A stretch of DNA of 64,000 bases from Elusimicrobiota bacterium (GTDB lineage: Bacteria > Elusimicrobiota > Elusimicrobia > UBA1565), in the NCBI GenBank assembly GCA_043827405.1, contig JBDRPD010000001.1, forward strand, positions 489 through 64,488. The letters run 5' to 3'. The position numbers were made by a program, and so were the translations under genes. Position 1 is the first letter of the stretch; each line of letters begins with the position of its first letter. Under the pieces are notes generated by a model, which saw only the letters and a program-made list of their open reading frames with translations, was not told the DNA's origin and did no database searches. Shown piece after piece: positions 9,249 to 20,900 of this stretch.

Positions 9249-9917
9249 TTATTCAAGGCGTCCGTCGGCCAGGCGGATGATGCGGGTGGCGGCCGCCGCC
9301 GCATGTTCGTTATGGGTGACCATGATCACGGCCACCCCGGTGCTTTCCGCCAGCTCCTTGAGCTTGGCGCAGACGGTTTCGCCGTTCTGCTTGTCCAGGT
9401 TGCCCGTCGGTTCGTCGGCGAGCAGTACCGCGGGGCTGTTGATGAGCGCCCGCGCGATGGCGGCGCGCTGGCGCTCCCCGCCGGAGAGCTGATGGGGGAA
9501 GCGGTCGTGGAGTCCGCCGATGCCGAGCTGTCCCAGCAGCGCGCGTGCCTTCTCTTCCTGCCGCGGCTGTTGCGCGATGCGGCTGGGAAGCGTCACGTTT
9601 TCGAGCACCGTGAACTCGGAGAGCAATGAGTCGAACTGGAAGACGAAGCCGATTCGGCGGCAGCGCATGGCGGCGCGGTCATCCTCGGAGAGCTCGGTGG
9701 TCCGGCGGTCGAAAAGCCGAATCTCGCCGGAAGTGGGCCGGTCCATGAGGCCGAGGAGGTTGAGCAAGGTCGACTTGCCGGAGCCGCTGGGGCCGAGAAC
9801 GACGATGAACTCGCCGGCCTGCACGCGCAGGTCGAAGTCATGCAGGGCTTGTACCGGCCGCTCGCCTTGGCGAAAGACGCGGCTCAAGCCTGTGGTTTCC
9901 AGCACCGTGTCAGCCAT
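9249..9917 (-). CDS. lolD: Lipoprotein-releasing ABC transporter ATPase LolD-like
   Basis: GPSGSGKST, LSGGERQR, LLADEPTGNLD; directly downstream of a LolC/E permease. Confidence 0.88.
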   Translation of the reverse strand: MADTVLETTGLSRVFRQGERPVQALHDFDLRVQAGEFIVVLGPSGSGKSTLLNLLGLMDRPTSGEIRLFDRRTTELSEDDRAAMRCRRIGFVFQFDSLLSEFTVLENVTLPSRIAQQPRQEEKARALLGQLGIGGLHDRFPHQLSGGERQRAAIARALINSPAVLLADEPTGNLDKQNGETVCAKLKELAESTGVAVIMVTHNEHAAAAATRIIRLADGRLE

Positions 9918-11127
9918 AGTGGATGGCCTCGATGGGGTCGACCCGGCTGGCCCGGTATGCCGGATAGAGCGTCGCCATGATCGACAGCAGCAGCCCGCAG
10001 GCGACGATGCTCAGGATGTCGCGCGGGTACACGGCGACCGGCAGCCGCGAGAGATAGTAGATGTCGGCCGGGAGCTCGATCAGCGGGTAGTGGTGCAGGA
10101 ACAGGCAGATGGCGAGGCCGAGGATGACGCCGAATATGACGCCGGAGGCGCCGATGATCGAGCCGACCCATAGGAAGATGCGCAGAATCTGGCGCCGCCC
10201 CGCGCCCATGGCTTTGAGCAGGCCGATGTCGCGCAGCTTCTCGGTGCTCATCAGAATCAGGTTGGAGGCGATGTTGAAGGACGCCACCAGAACGATCAGG
10301 GTGACGATGATGAACATGACGTACTTCTCCAGCTTCAGCGCCGCGAACAGGGTCTGGTTCATCTGCATGAACGAGCGCACCGTGAAGTCGAAGCCCAGAG
10401 TGCGCTGCAGCCGCGCGGTCACCGCTTCGGTGCGGTGGATGTCGGTCAGACGCGCCTGCATGCCGGAGAGGCCGCCGGGGGTCTTGAGGAACTTCGCGGC
10501 GGCCGCCAGCGAGGTGTAGGCCGCGCCGCTGTCGTACTCGTAATAGCCGGTCTTCAGCTTGCCTACGACTTTGAATTTTTTCAGCGCCGGGACGATCCCC
10601 ATCGGCGTCGACAGCCCCTGGGGGGAAATCAGGATGATCTCCTCGCCGAGCCATACGCCGAGAGAGCGGGCGAGCTCCTCGCCGAGGACGATGCCGGGCA
10701 TTTTGCCGGAGTCGATGTCGGACCATTCGCCCTCGGTGAGGTTCTTGGCCAGATCGTTGACTTGGAACTCCTGCTGGGGGTCGAGGCCCTTGAGCACGAT
10801 GCCCGTCGAGCGGTCCTCGTAGGTGATGATGGCCTGGCCGAGCACGAACGGCGAGATCGCCGCGATTTCGGGCTGGCGGCCGAGCTCGTCGCGCAGCTGC
10901 GCGGCGCGGGCTGCGCTCATATGGCTGTAAACCGTGAGATGCGACTGGGCGCCGACGATCTTCTTGCGGATGTCGGCCTGAAAACCGTTCATGACCGAGA
11001 GGATGACGATCAGGGCGGCGACTCCGATGGTGACGCCGGCGATGCCGATATAGGTCGTGACCGTGGTGAAGAGTCCCTTACGCTTGGAGCGCAGGTAGCG
11101 GAGGGCGACAAAGAGCTCGAAAGGCAC
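9910..11127 (-). CDS. Lipoprotein-releasing ABC transporter permease LolC/E
   Basis: FVALRYLR, LSVMNGF, IGLLKAMGA, TLYPAYRASRVDPIEA; MacB/LolCE topology. Confidence 0.92.
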   Translation of the reverse strand: MPFELFVALRYLRSKRKGLFTTVTTYIGIAGVTIGVAALIVILSVMNGFQADIRKKIVGAQSHLTVYSHMSAARAAQLRDELGRQPEIAAISPFVLGQAIITYEDRSTGIVLKGLDPQQEFQVNDLAKNLTEGEWSDIDSGKMPGIVLGEELARSLGVWLGEEIILISPQGLSTPMGIVPALKKFKVVGKLKTGYYEYDSGAAYTSLAAAAKFLKTPGGLSGMQARLTDIHRTEAVTARLQRTLGFDFTVRSFMQMNQTLFAALKLEKYVMFIIVTLIVLVASFNIASNLILMSTEKLRDIGLLKAMGAGRRQILRIFLWVGSIIGASGVIFGVILGLAICLFLHHYPLIELPADIYYLSRLPVAVYPRDILSIVACGLLLSIMATLYPAYRASRVDPIEAIHYG

Positions 11128-12632
11128 TATTCTTTCTTCAGGGTCGGGAACAGGATGACTTCGCGGATCGAGGGCGTGCCCGCGAGCAGCATGGTCAGCC
11201 GATCGATGCCGAAGCCGATGCCGCCCATGGGCGGCATGCCGTGTTCCATCGCCTCGACGAAATCTTCGTCCAAAAGTTCCGCCTCGTCGTGGCCGCCGGC
11301 CTTTTGTTTGGCCTGCTCGGCGAAGCGGGCGCGCTGGTCCTCGGGATCGTTGAGCTCGGTATAGGCGTTGGCGACTTCCATCCCCGAGATAAAGAGCTCG
11401 AAGCGCTCCACGAGCGATTCATCGACGCCGCCGCCCGTGCGCTCCTTGCACTTGGCCAGCGGGGTGATCGCGGTGGGATGGTCGAACAAGAACGTCGGCT
11501 CCTGGAGCTCGGGTTCGATGAACTTCTCAAGCAGCCGGTCGAATATTTTGGCGTCCGGGGTGTCCGCTTTCGCTTCGATCGCCTTGGCGGCGGCGAGCTC
11601 GCGGAGCCTGCCGCTGTGGAAACCCTTGCCTTCGAGAATTTCGTGGATGTCGGCGCCGACCTTCTCCCGCCAAATTTCCGGCAGGTAGAGCCGGCGGTAC
11701 GGCGGCTTGAGGTTGATCTTGCGTCCCTTGTAGTCGACGGTTTCGATGCCGAGCGCGGCGCAGGCGTCGTCCATCATGCGCTCGAAGAGCGCGGCCATGC
11801 CGTGGTAGTCGGTGTAGGCCTGGTAGGCCTCCAGGGTCGTGAATTCCGGGTTGTGGCTGGTGTCGATTCCCTCGTTGCGGAAGATGCGGCCGATCTCGTA
11901 GACCGCGGGGAAGCCTCCGACCAGCAGCTTTTTGAGGGGCAGCTCGGTGGCGATGCGTAAAAACAGGTCGGCGTCGAGCACGTTATGGTGCGTGACGAAG
12001 GGGCGCGCGGTGGCGCCGCCCGCCTGGTGGATGAGGATCGGAGTCTCGACCTCGAGAAAGCCCAGATTCGAGAAGGTGCGGCGGATCGACCCGATGAGCC
12101 GGGAGCGGATCTCAAAGCCCCGGCGCACCTCCGGATTGGCGATCAGGTCCAGGTGGCGCTTGCGGTAGCGCGTGTCGGTGTCCTGCAGGCCGTGCCATTT
12201 TTCGGGCAGACCGCGCAGCGCCTTGGCCAGTACGGTGATGGATGCGACCTCCACCGACGTCTCGCCGGTCCTGGTTTTGAAAATGGTCCCTTCGATGCCG
12301 ATGAAGTCGCCGACGTGAATTTTTTTCTTAAACAGCTGGTAGGGGTCTTCGCCCAGGATGTCGCGCTTGAGGTAAAGCTGGAGCTTGCAGCCGTCATCCA
12401 CGATGTGGGCGAATGAGGCCTTGCCCATGATGCGGGTCTGCACCACGCGGCCCGCTACCCGGACCCGCGTCTCCGTCCGCTGCTCCGCCGCGAGCCCCTC
12501 GCCGTGCGCCGCCGCCTCGCGCGCGGAGACCCGTCCCTCCCAGTTGTGCCAGCGGTGAGGGTAGGGGGGATGCCCGGCTTCCCGGAGCTGCCCGGCGACA
12601 TCCCGGCGATGCGCGTATGCGTCTTCGGCCAT
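11127..12632 (-). CDS. lysS: Lysine--tRNA ligase (class II)
   Basis: MGKASF OB-fold, FLEVETP, GGATARPF, FRNEGID...HNPEFT, GIDRL...IREVILFP. Confidence 0.98.
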   Translation of the reverse strand: MAEDAYAHRRDVAGQLREAGHPPYPHRWHNWEGRVSAREAAAHGEGLAAEQRTETRVRVAGRVVQTRIMGKASFAHIVDDGCKLQLYLKRDILGEDPYQLFKKKIHVGDFIGIEGTIFKTRTGETSVEVASITVLAKALRGLPEKWHGLQDTDTRYRKRHLDLIANPEVRRGFEIRSRLIGSIRRTFSNLGFLEVETPILIHQAGGATARPFVTHHNVLDADLFLRIATELPLKKLLVGGFPAVYEIGRIFRNEGIDTSHNPEFTTLEAYQAYTDYHGMAALFERMMDDACAALGIETVDYKGRKINLKPPYRRLYLPEIWREKVGADIHEILEGKGFHSGRLRELAAAKAIEAKADTPDAKIFDRLLEKFIEPELQEPTFLFDHPTAITPLAKCKERTGGGVDESLVERFELFISGMEVANAYTELNDPEDQRARFAEQAKQKAGGHDEAELLDEDFVEAMEHGMPPMGGIGFGIDRLTMLLAGTPSIREVILFPTLKKE

Positions 12633-13037
12633 CTAGCTCGCCACTTCGTTCTTCCCCGAGAGGATGCTGGATATCAGCTCGCGCAGCATCTTCGGGTCGA
12701 ACGGCTTCTGGACATAGGCGGCGACATTAGGCGCCATCTCAAAGAGCTCGCGCATCTTCTGGCCCTTGGCGGTCAGGACCAGGATCGGAATCTTCTTGGT
12801 CTTATCCTCTTTTTGCAGGCGCTGGTTGAGCGCGTAGCCGTCCATGACGGGCATCATGATGTCGAGGATGATGAGGTCCGGGATCGGCAGGTTGTCATCG
12901 GACGGCTCGACGCCCAGGCGTTCGAGCGCTACCTGGCCGTTGTTCGCCTCCAGGATTTGATAGCCGTCCTGCTTGAGAACAAATGTGAGCAAGGTGACGA
13001 TCTCGGGTTCGTCGTCTACGATTAGTAAAGTGGACAT
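12633..13037 (-). CDS. Single-domain response regulator
   Basis: LIVDDE, LIILDIMMP, LTAK, QKPF. Confidence 0.93.
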   Translation of the reverse strand: MSTLLIVDDEPEIVTLLTFVLKQDGYQILEANNGQVALERLGVEPSDDNLPIPDLIILDIMMPVMDGYALNQRLQKEDKTKKIPILVLTAKGQKMRELFEMAPNVAAYVQKPFDPKMLRELISSILSGKNEVAS

Positions 13038-13041
13038 GGCC

Positions 13042-13443
13042 TTATTCAGGTGCTCCTTCGCCGAGGATTTCGGCGATCAGCCGACGCAATTCCTTGGGAT
13101 CAAACGGCTTTTCCAAATACAGCGTTTTCCGGTTGGGCAGCTCGAAAAATTCCTGGACTTTGCCTTTCGCCGACAGGATGATCATCGGGATGGAGCTGAG
13201 CGACTCCACGCGGTTGAGCCGCCGGGCGAAACCGGGGCCGTCCATGACCGGCATCATCAGGTCGAGGATGATGAGGTCCGGCAGGTCCTCCGGCCGGCGG
13301 GGAGCCGCCGGTTCCACGCCCAGCACCTCCAGGGCCTTCGCGCCGTTATGCGCGCTGGATATCCTATGGCCGTCCTTCTGCAGCAGGAACGTCATTAGAG
13401 TGATGACGTCCTGCTCATCGTCGATAGCCAGAATATGCGCCAT
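13042..13443 (-). CDS. Single-domain response regulator, paralog of the downstream one
   Basis: ILAIDDE, LIILDLMMP, LSAK, EKPF; start set at ATG 13443. Confidence 0.9.
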   Translation of the reverse strand: MAHILAIDDEQDVITLMTFLLQKDGHRISSAHNGAKALEVLGVEPAAPRRPEDLPDLIILDLMMPVMDGPGFARRLNRVESLSSIPMIILSAKGKVQEFFELPNRKTLYLEKPFDPKELRRLIAEILGEGAPE

Positions 13444-13450
13444 AAACCGC

Positions 13451-13479
13451 ATTCTACCGGTTTCCCCACGGGGCGTCAA
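13451..13479 (-). promoter_or_regulatory. Sigma70-type promoter of the RR-lysS-lol-mcs operon, probably leaderless
   Basis: TTGACG-N17-TAGAAT then 7 nt to ATG 13443; no Shine-Dalgarno. Confidence 0.8.
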
Positions 13480-13504
13480 TGGACTAGGCGTTGGGAGCGG
13501 GGGC

Positions 13505-14881
13505 TTAGAGCGGCCGCTTGCGGTCGTGGAGCCGGCGCAGTTCCTGCTTGATCGCGCTGCGGGTGTTCGCGACGGGGCCGGCCCGCAGCGCCTTGCGGAA
13601 GAATTTTTCGGAGTAGTCGAATTTGTCTTCCTTGACCAGGCATAGACCCATGCCGTAATAGGCGTCGGCCACCGCGGGGCCCCGGAGCGACAGCTGGATG
13701 GCGAGGCGCAGGCTGCGGGTGAAGTACTGCTGGGCGCCTGCGATACGGTTTTCCTTGTACTCGATCATGCCGAGGCGTTCCAGGTAGCGCACCCGGCGGG
13801 CGTCGTTGGCGTGGATAAGGGTGTCGACCGTCTCCAGCTCCTTTTTGGCCTCTTCCAGCAGGTCCAGGTCGATGTACTCGCCGGCGCGCCGGAGGTAGCT
13901 GTCGGCCGTGATGCGCTGCGGCATATTCTTGACCGGCCGCGTTCGCCGTCCCGAGAAGAGCGGGCGGTCGTGGCCGCCCCAGCGGGCGGTGACGCTAAAC
14001 AGGTGGGAGGAGCCGAGGTCGCCGAACGGCGCAAAGGCATAGTCGAAGATAAAATAGTTCGCGCTCCAGCCGACGCCCGCCGTGACGCCGGGCCCGGCGT
14101 CATTGCGCGTATTGAAGCCGATGCGAACCGGTACCGTCGGCACCGGGTGGAACTCGGCTCCGCAGGCGATGCGGACGCTGTCGCTGCGCTCTTTGGTGAC
14201 GTCGAAGGCGGCGGTATGCGTGCGCTGCATGAGGTCGAAATCGAAGGAGGCGCCCATCCGGATATTGAGCGGCAGGTTCTCCTTGGCTCGTTCGAATTGC
14301 GTGGTCGAGCCGATGTTCTGGAGCGCGATGCCCAGGCGCAGATCGGGCACGTTGGAAATCTCGTACAGGGCGCCCAGGTCGATCGCCCGGGCGGTGCCGA
14401 CGGTATTGTCGACGCTTTCGCGGATGTACTTGACGCCCACGCCCAGGCTCAGCAGCTCGTGCACGACCCGGCCGTAGCCGACGGTGAAAGCGAAATCGGT
14501 CAGCGCCGCGCCGCCGAGCCCCGCGCCGCTGGGGTTGGATACCGTGGTGCGGGGGATGTCGCGCATGCTTAGATAGTTGAGGTTCAGCCCCCAGCCCCGG
14601 CGCGCCGCGAAACCGAAGTACTCGCGCGTGATGCCGAGGATGTGGCTGTTGTGCATGAAGGTCAGCTCATGGTCGGTAATCCGGCCGAGACCGGCGGGGT
14701 TGTACAGCAGGGCGTTCGAGTCGGTGGCCAGCGACGTGTAGGCGCCGCCCAAGGCGGCGGCGCGGGCGTTGGCGTCGAGGAACAGGAAGGAGAAAGGCTC
14801 CCCGCCCGCGGCGGCGGCCGCGGCTTCGCGGCTCCCGCCCAGGAGCGTCAGCGCCAATATGAGCAGTCGCAGTCCGTTCAT
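13505..14881 (-). CDS. PorV/PorQ-family (FadL-like) outer-membrane beta-barrel with C-terminal TPR domain
   Basis: Signal peptide, FLFLDANARAAALGGAY...YNPAGL, barrel ending FDYAFAPFGDLGSSHLFSVTARW, then TPR helices; ATG 14881 overlaps the cargo stop (ATGA); 458 aa. Confidence 0.85.
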   Translation of the reverse strand: MNGLRLLILALTLLGGSREAAAAAAGGEPFSFLFLDANARAAALGGAYTSLATDSNALLYNPAGLGRITDHELTFMHNSHILGITREYFGFAARRGWGLNLNYLSMRDIPRTTVSNPSGAGLGGAALTDFAFTVGYGRVVHELLSLGVGVKYIRESVDNTVGTARAIDLGALYEISNVPDLRLGIALQNIGSTTQFERAKENLPLNIRMGASFDFDLMQRTHTAAFDVTKERSDSVRIACGAEFHPVPTVPVRIGFNTRNDAGPGVTAGVGWSANYFIFDYAFAPFGDLGSSHLFSVTARWGGHDRPLFSGRRTRPVKNMPQRITADSYLRRAGEYIDLDLLEEAKKELETVDTLIHANDARRVRYLERLGMIEYKENRIAGAQQYFTRSLRLAIQLSLRGPAVADAYYGMGLCLVKEDKFDYSEKFFRKALRAGPVANTRSAIKQELRRLHDRKRPL

Positions 14882-14900
14882 CGTATGATCAGCAGCTTCC
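14877..14900. repeat. 24-bp cargo/PorV junction identical to 24020..24043
   Basis: ttcatcgtatgatcagcagcttcc occurs at both junctions. Confidence 0.9.
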
Positions 14901-17900
14901 GTATGATCGCTTCCTGGCCGCCGCTCTTGATGACGGCGACGTACCCGCCGGTCGCCACGTCGCGGCCGTCGCGGTTGCGGGCGTCCCACTGAATCCGGCC
15001 GGAAGCCACCGAATTGAGGTCGGTTACCAGCTGGCCCGCTAGGGTGTAAATCTTTATGCTGGTCCCTTCCGGCAGCAGATCGAAGATGATGCCCGAGTTC
15101 GGGTTGCCGGAAGCGTACGGTACGCCGTCATCGGTGAGCGTGTTGTTCGGCCGGTACGGGACGGGGTAGACCAGGATAGAGCCCAGGTCCGAATGCTTGG
15201 GCGCGAAAAGCGCGAAGATGCTGAAATGCGGCGTTTCGCCCGTGACGGTGCGGTTGCGGGTGTCCGCCGTCGATGCGAAATCACGCGTCCAGGAGCCCGC
15301 CGCCGCGTCGTAGTAGTAGATTTTCAGTTCGCTCGCCCGTACCGACGTGCCGTCGACGAAGCCGTCGCCGTCCTCGTCGGGGTAGCCGATGCTCAAAGTC
15401 GCCGTCTGCCCGCCGCTGAGGTCGGTCTGGCTGGGCGTCAGCGTGATCTCCACGCTGGTCCCGATCGGGGTAACATCGCTTCGCGCCGCCGGCGTGGTGG
15501 TCGGGTTGTTGGTTATGGTTACGGTTTTGGTGGACTCGTTGAGGGCGCCCGCCGGGATGCTCAGCCGGGTTACTTGGGCCTTGGACGGGTCGGCCGCCCG
15601 AACGCTGCTGAGCGCGCCGTTGTTGATCACCTGCTGCAGCTTGACGCGGGCGCCCCCCGCCTGGCTGTTCTCGTTGATGTCCCAGTTCGCCGGATCCACC
15701 TCGATCAGGACCGAGGGCGGGGCGGGATCGGCCGCGGCGCTCCGGTCGGTGGCGACCGCGCGCAGGTTGTAGCCGGTAGCGGGCAAAGGCAGGGTCTTTA
15801 CGTCCCAGTGCACAAGGTACGGGTAGGTGGTGTCCGGATTGGGATTGCTGTCGCTCGCGGGAGGGATGTCGATCCACACCGTATCGGTCGAGTGCTTGTA
15901 CTGGAACAGCACTTTGCTTACGCTTTCGGCCGCGCCCTGCGTGATGTCGGCGGCTATCGTCACCCGGTCCCCCGCGATCTTCTGTCCGCTGCGGGGGGAG
16001 CGGATGGAGGCGCGCACGTCGGGCAGGGCGTCGGCCGCCCCGGCCGTGGCCGTGACGGTGAAATTCGTCTCCTCCGTGCCGCAGGAGTTTTTCGCGCGCA
16101 GGCCGAAGGTGTAGGCGGCGCTCGACGTCAGCACATTCGTGGTGAACGTGGTGACCGTTGAGGTGAATACGGCGAGCGGCGCGGAGTAGTTGACGACTTC
16201 GGTTCCGCCGTCGAAGTACAAGCGGTACTGGGAGGCCAGCGCGTCCGGCGAGGGCGTCCAGTTGAGCGCTACCCGGCGTCCGGACAGGCTCTCGGCGGTC
16301 AGCCCGCTCGGCGCCAGCGGGGTCGAGCCCAAGGTCTGGAATTCGGCGATGGCGGCGAAATCCGTGGGTACGCCGTCGCCGTTGAGGTTGCGGATGCGGA
16401 AGTAATAGGTCGTGCAGCCGAGCAGGCCGAAGTCGGTATAGCTGGTGACGGCGCCGGTGGCGATCGTCGTAAACGTCGCGTTGTCGGTCGAGCGCTGGAT
16501 ATCGGCGAGCGTATGCGCGGGGTTGGTGTTGCTGTTCCAGGAGAACGCCGCGCTGGAGCCTTCGATCTGGGTCGTCACCGCGCCGGTCGGCGGCATCGCC
16601 AGGGTATAAATCGTGGCGGTGGGCGTCAGCGGTCCCCCGCCCAGAACGTGCAGCGGCTCGATGAATATCCCGTAGGCGGTATTTGTTTCGAGCGCCACCT
16701 CGTCGAGCGTCGTCACCGACGGGTTGGCGAGTAAAGTGGCCGGCTCGGACGCGCGGTAGACGTTGTAGCTGGCGGCGTCGGCGGATGCGGTCCATGACCA
16801 GGTAACCGACGAGATGCCCAAAGTGGTGCCGACCGGGGTGCCCGGACGGGTGGCGCCGTCGGCCCAGTTGATCAGCCCTCCCGGGTCGCCGTCGAAGCTC
16901 TCGCCCTTATAGGCGCCGGTGGACTGGAAGAACAGCCAGGCCAGCGCGGGGTTGGCGCCTTCCACCCGGACGTTGTAAGGGAAGGGAGCAGCCGTAAAGT
17001 CGCGCGACATTCCGAAAGCGATGCTGTAGAAGGTCGCGTTCGAGGTCAGGTTGCGGACGGTGAGGTAGCTATTGGTCGCGCCGGTGATGCCCAGATAGTC
17101 GAAGGCGGCGGTGGATATCAGGACCCCGGCGCTTCCGGAAAGCTGGATGCCGTTGCCGTCCATATTCGTCATGGATGACAGGCGGGCGCTGAATGCTCCC
17201 GAGGAAACGAAGGAATAATAGGTCGCCGCGGAGTTGAGGCGGTCCATGACCGTATAGGCGGCGTTGGCGCCGAGGAGCTGCAGGCCGCCGCTCGGCGCTA
17301 CCGTCAGCTTCGAACGGCCGGCATTTAAGGAAGAGGCCGCGGGCCCGAAGAGGAACCGCTTCTGCTTATTGGAATCCTGCGGTGTCGAGACCAGGGCGAA
17401 CTCCAGCCGGTCGCCTTCGAGCGGCGTGGCGGCGCCGGTAAAATTGACCCTGAACAGCGGGCTGGCGGCCGGGATATCGATGCCCGAAAGGTTGCCGGCG
17501 AAGATATGCATGTCGACGCCTGAAGATGAGCCGTCGACATGCCACTGGTTGTCGCGGTACTCGAAGGTGATGAGCTGGCTGACGACCGTCGCGTCATAGG
17601 TCTGGGTGACGGCGAGGCTGTGGTTCGGTCCGCGCATCGCCCGGGGGACGGTCGCGGTTGAGGCGTAGAGCGGGGCGGTGTAGTCGAACGTCCAGGTCGA
17701 GCCGGATATCTCATGGCTGCCGTAGAAGCGCGCCGTGCCGGTGGCGTAATCCTGGTGGTAGGACAGCAGGTAGGTCCCCTGAGTGTCGAAGCCCGTCGTA
17801 GCGATGCCGCCGGCGGGGTGAACCCGTGCGGCCTTGAGCGTCAAGTTCTCGACGCCGCCGGCATTAAACATCACTTCGCCGGCGGTGTTGGGAAAGGCCG

Positions 17901-20900
17901 CGCCCTGCGCGTTGTAGCCGATACCGCCGTTCGCAAATACCGCGTTTGCCGCCCCGTCGATGAACAGCCCGGCGCCGCTGTTGGCGAAGGTATTGCCGCG
18001 CGCCAGCAGGTTCGCGCCGCCGGATATGCGCAGACCGTGGCTCGCATTGGCGAAGGTCGGGTTGCCGATAAGCATATTGTTGTCGGAGCCGCTGTCGGTA
18101 AGCAGCCCGGTGCTGGCATTGGTGTAGACGTTGTTGTCGAGCAGCGTGTTGCTGTCGGCGCTCTGCAGCCAGATTCCCTGGACCCCGTTGGCATATGAGC
18201 GGTTGCCGCGCAGGTGGTTGAAGCGGCTGTTGCTGACGAGAATGCCCGCGCTGGTATTCGAGAAGGCATGGTTGTTCGCCAGACGGTTGTGGTCGGCGCC
18301 GTTGGTCAGGAGAATGCCGTAGGCTCCGTTGCCGCCGGCGACGCTGCCGTAGACGTCGCTGCCGACGGAGGCGTTGTCGAAGACCAGCCCCGCATCGGCG
18401 CCGGCATGGAACACCAAGCCGACCAAGGTATGCGATGAGCTGCCGCTGAAGCGCAGGCCGTTGAAGCCGCCGCGAAACACCGCGCTGGAGATCGAGCCGG
18501 CGACGCCGCCGCCGTCGAACGTCACGCCGTATTTGCCGGAAGCGTTGGCGCCGAGCTCGCTGAAGAGGGCGTCGACAACCGCGAAGCTGGTGGCGTTGGT
18601 CGCCAGGTTGCGGACATAGGCGGCGTTCGCGGCGCTGTCGGTGCCCGCCGAGCGCACGCTGACGTTGCGCGAAAGATTCGCCGCCACGATCGGCGTAGTG
18701 CTGCTTTGCGTTCTGGCGGCGGCAAGGCCGCCGCTCCAGGAGATGGTCAGCGGATTCGTTCCCGTTATCGACGTGATCGTCCGCGTCTCCGCCGTCGCCG
18801 TGCCGTTGCCCGCGGTCGGTCCGATTAGGATGTCGTCGCCGACGGCCCAGCCGGTGGCGCTCGAGGCCGCGATCAGCAGCCCCACCTCTCCCGCCGGCAG
18901 CGGGTTCACGGCGAAACCATAAGGATACTTGGCGGCGCCTCGCGCCGTGAAGTCGCCGCCGGGACTGACGATGAGGCCGAACTCGCCGGCGGTGGAGCCG
19001 AGCGCCAGGACGAGCTCCGCTTTAATGCCGGAAGGGATGGCGTCGCCGGAGGTCCCCATGTCGAGATGTCCGCCGGAGCCGACCGTCAGGTCGCCGGCGA
19101 CTATGGTCAGGCTGCTGTTCTCTACGCGGTCGAAATAGAGGGTGCCGAGAATGGTGGTCGTGGAGGCGGTGCCCGTCGAGACGTCCAACGATACGATGTC
19201 GCCGGGCGAGACGGTGACGGCGTTGCAGGCGGTGGGGATAAACGGCGGATACCAGGTCGAGAGCGCCGACCAGGGTCCCGACTGGATGCTGGAGAGATCG
19301 CTGCAGGCCGAGGGCGGCGGCGCGATGGTGAAGGAGGATATCCAGATATCGGGATTGGCGGCGCCCCGCTGGCCGGCGACATAGGCGGTATTGGCGGTCG
19401 TGTCGAGCGCGACGGTATAGGCCGCGTCGGTCCCACCGGCGCCGTCAAAAGTGGCGCTCGACTGCAGGACCAGGACGCGGCTGTACTCCGCGTACCAGGC
19501 ATTGGCCGCGCCGGCCGATTCGGTCGCCTGGCCGGCCAGCACGACGTTGCCGGCGTTGCCGATCTCGAGTTCGTAGGCGGCATCCGAACCGAGGGCGGCC
19601 GAGCCGTCTACCGTAATGCTTTGCTGCAGAGCGAGGCTCGCGTTGAAGCGTCCCAGCCAGGCGTCGAGGTTCGGCCCGCCGTTGTCGATCTCTCCGGCGG
19701 CGAAGACATCGCCGTTGGGACCGACGGCGACCGAGGCGCCGCCGTCCGCGGTGCCGCCGCCGCCGGCCTGGGTGGCGCTGGTGATGAAGACCAGACTGCT
19801 GTCGTACTTGCCGATCCAGATGTCGGTGGGCGCACCGGCCGACGGGGGCAGGTCGCCGGCAAGGTAAATATTGCCGCTCAGGTCGAGCGCCAGCCCGTGC
19901 CCGCTGGCGAGCGATGGGCTCAGGCCCGTATTGAAGGCGGCGCTGGCCTGGAAGACCAGCGCCTTATCGAACTGCGCCAGCCAGATGTCGGTGTTGGCGC
20001 CGTTGACGGCGGTGCCGGCCAGCAGCAGTTTGCCGGCGTCGGTATGCAGGAGCTCCGAGGCCTGCGCGGCGGTTTCTCCGACCGTCGTGCTGCTGATCAG
20101 GTTGAGATTGGCGTCAAAGGAGGCGAGCCAGGTCTGCAGCGTGCCGTTGCCCAGCGTCGTGTAGCCCGCCGCGAATACGATATTCTTGCTGTCCACGACC
20201 ACCGAGTAGGCGACGTCGTGGCCGCTGCCGGCGTCGCCGTTGAAGGTTGTGCTGGAGACCAAAGCCATAGCCGCATCATAGCGGGCGATCAGGAAATCGA
20301 GTCCCGGCGGGCCGCGGCTGGACTGCCCGACCGCGTAGAGCGAGCCGTTGGGGGCCAGTGCGAGATCGTGGATACGGTCCTCCGGGTCGGCCGGCGCCGG
20401 CGGGGAGGTCGTGGTCGCGGAAGAGGCGGCGCAGCGCTCGCCCTGCACCCCGGCGTCGTTGACGGCTTCCACGACGATCGAGTAAGCGACGTTGGGCGCG
20501 AGGCCGCCGATCTGGTAGGTCTCCGTCAGCGTCGGCTTTTGCGGCGTCAAGCCGTGGCTGACGTTTACCGCGTCGGCAAACTTTATATCGGTGTCGATGG
20601 CGTTGGCTTGCGCGTAGCGGATGAGATACTGCGCGGCCGTTCCGGTCGAGTTCTCGACGTCGGCGTAGGGCGCCGTCCATTGGATGGAGAGGGTGCTTGA
20701 AGAAACGGCGGTGACGCTTAGGTCGCTGATGGTCGCGGGGAGAGGACGCTGGGCGGTATGGCCGCCGCCGCCGGAATAGCCGGTCGAGGTCTCGGAGGAG
20801 ATGCCGACGGCCGGCGCCTCGCCGGTCTCGAGGTAGCTCGCCGAGGTCATGGCGCGGCCGGCTTGGCCGAGGTTGTTGACGCGGTCGATATAGCCGGCGC

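Noticed and set aside
14882-14989. 36-aa N-terminal extensions of both PorV-like ORFs (also 24025..24132) as a conserved overlapping peptide
   Set aside because: They are alternative-frame readings of the conserved cargo C-terminus; the signal peptides begin at the ATGA-overlap ATGs
14878-15200. Cargo CTD as flagellar hook-cap FlgD
   Set aside because: Only the Ig-like CTD motif is present, on giant Sec-exported proteins with no flagellar context
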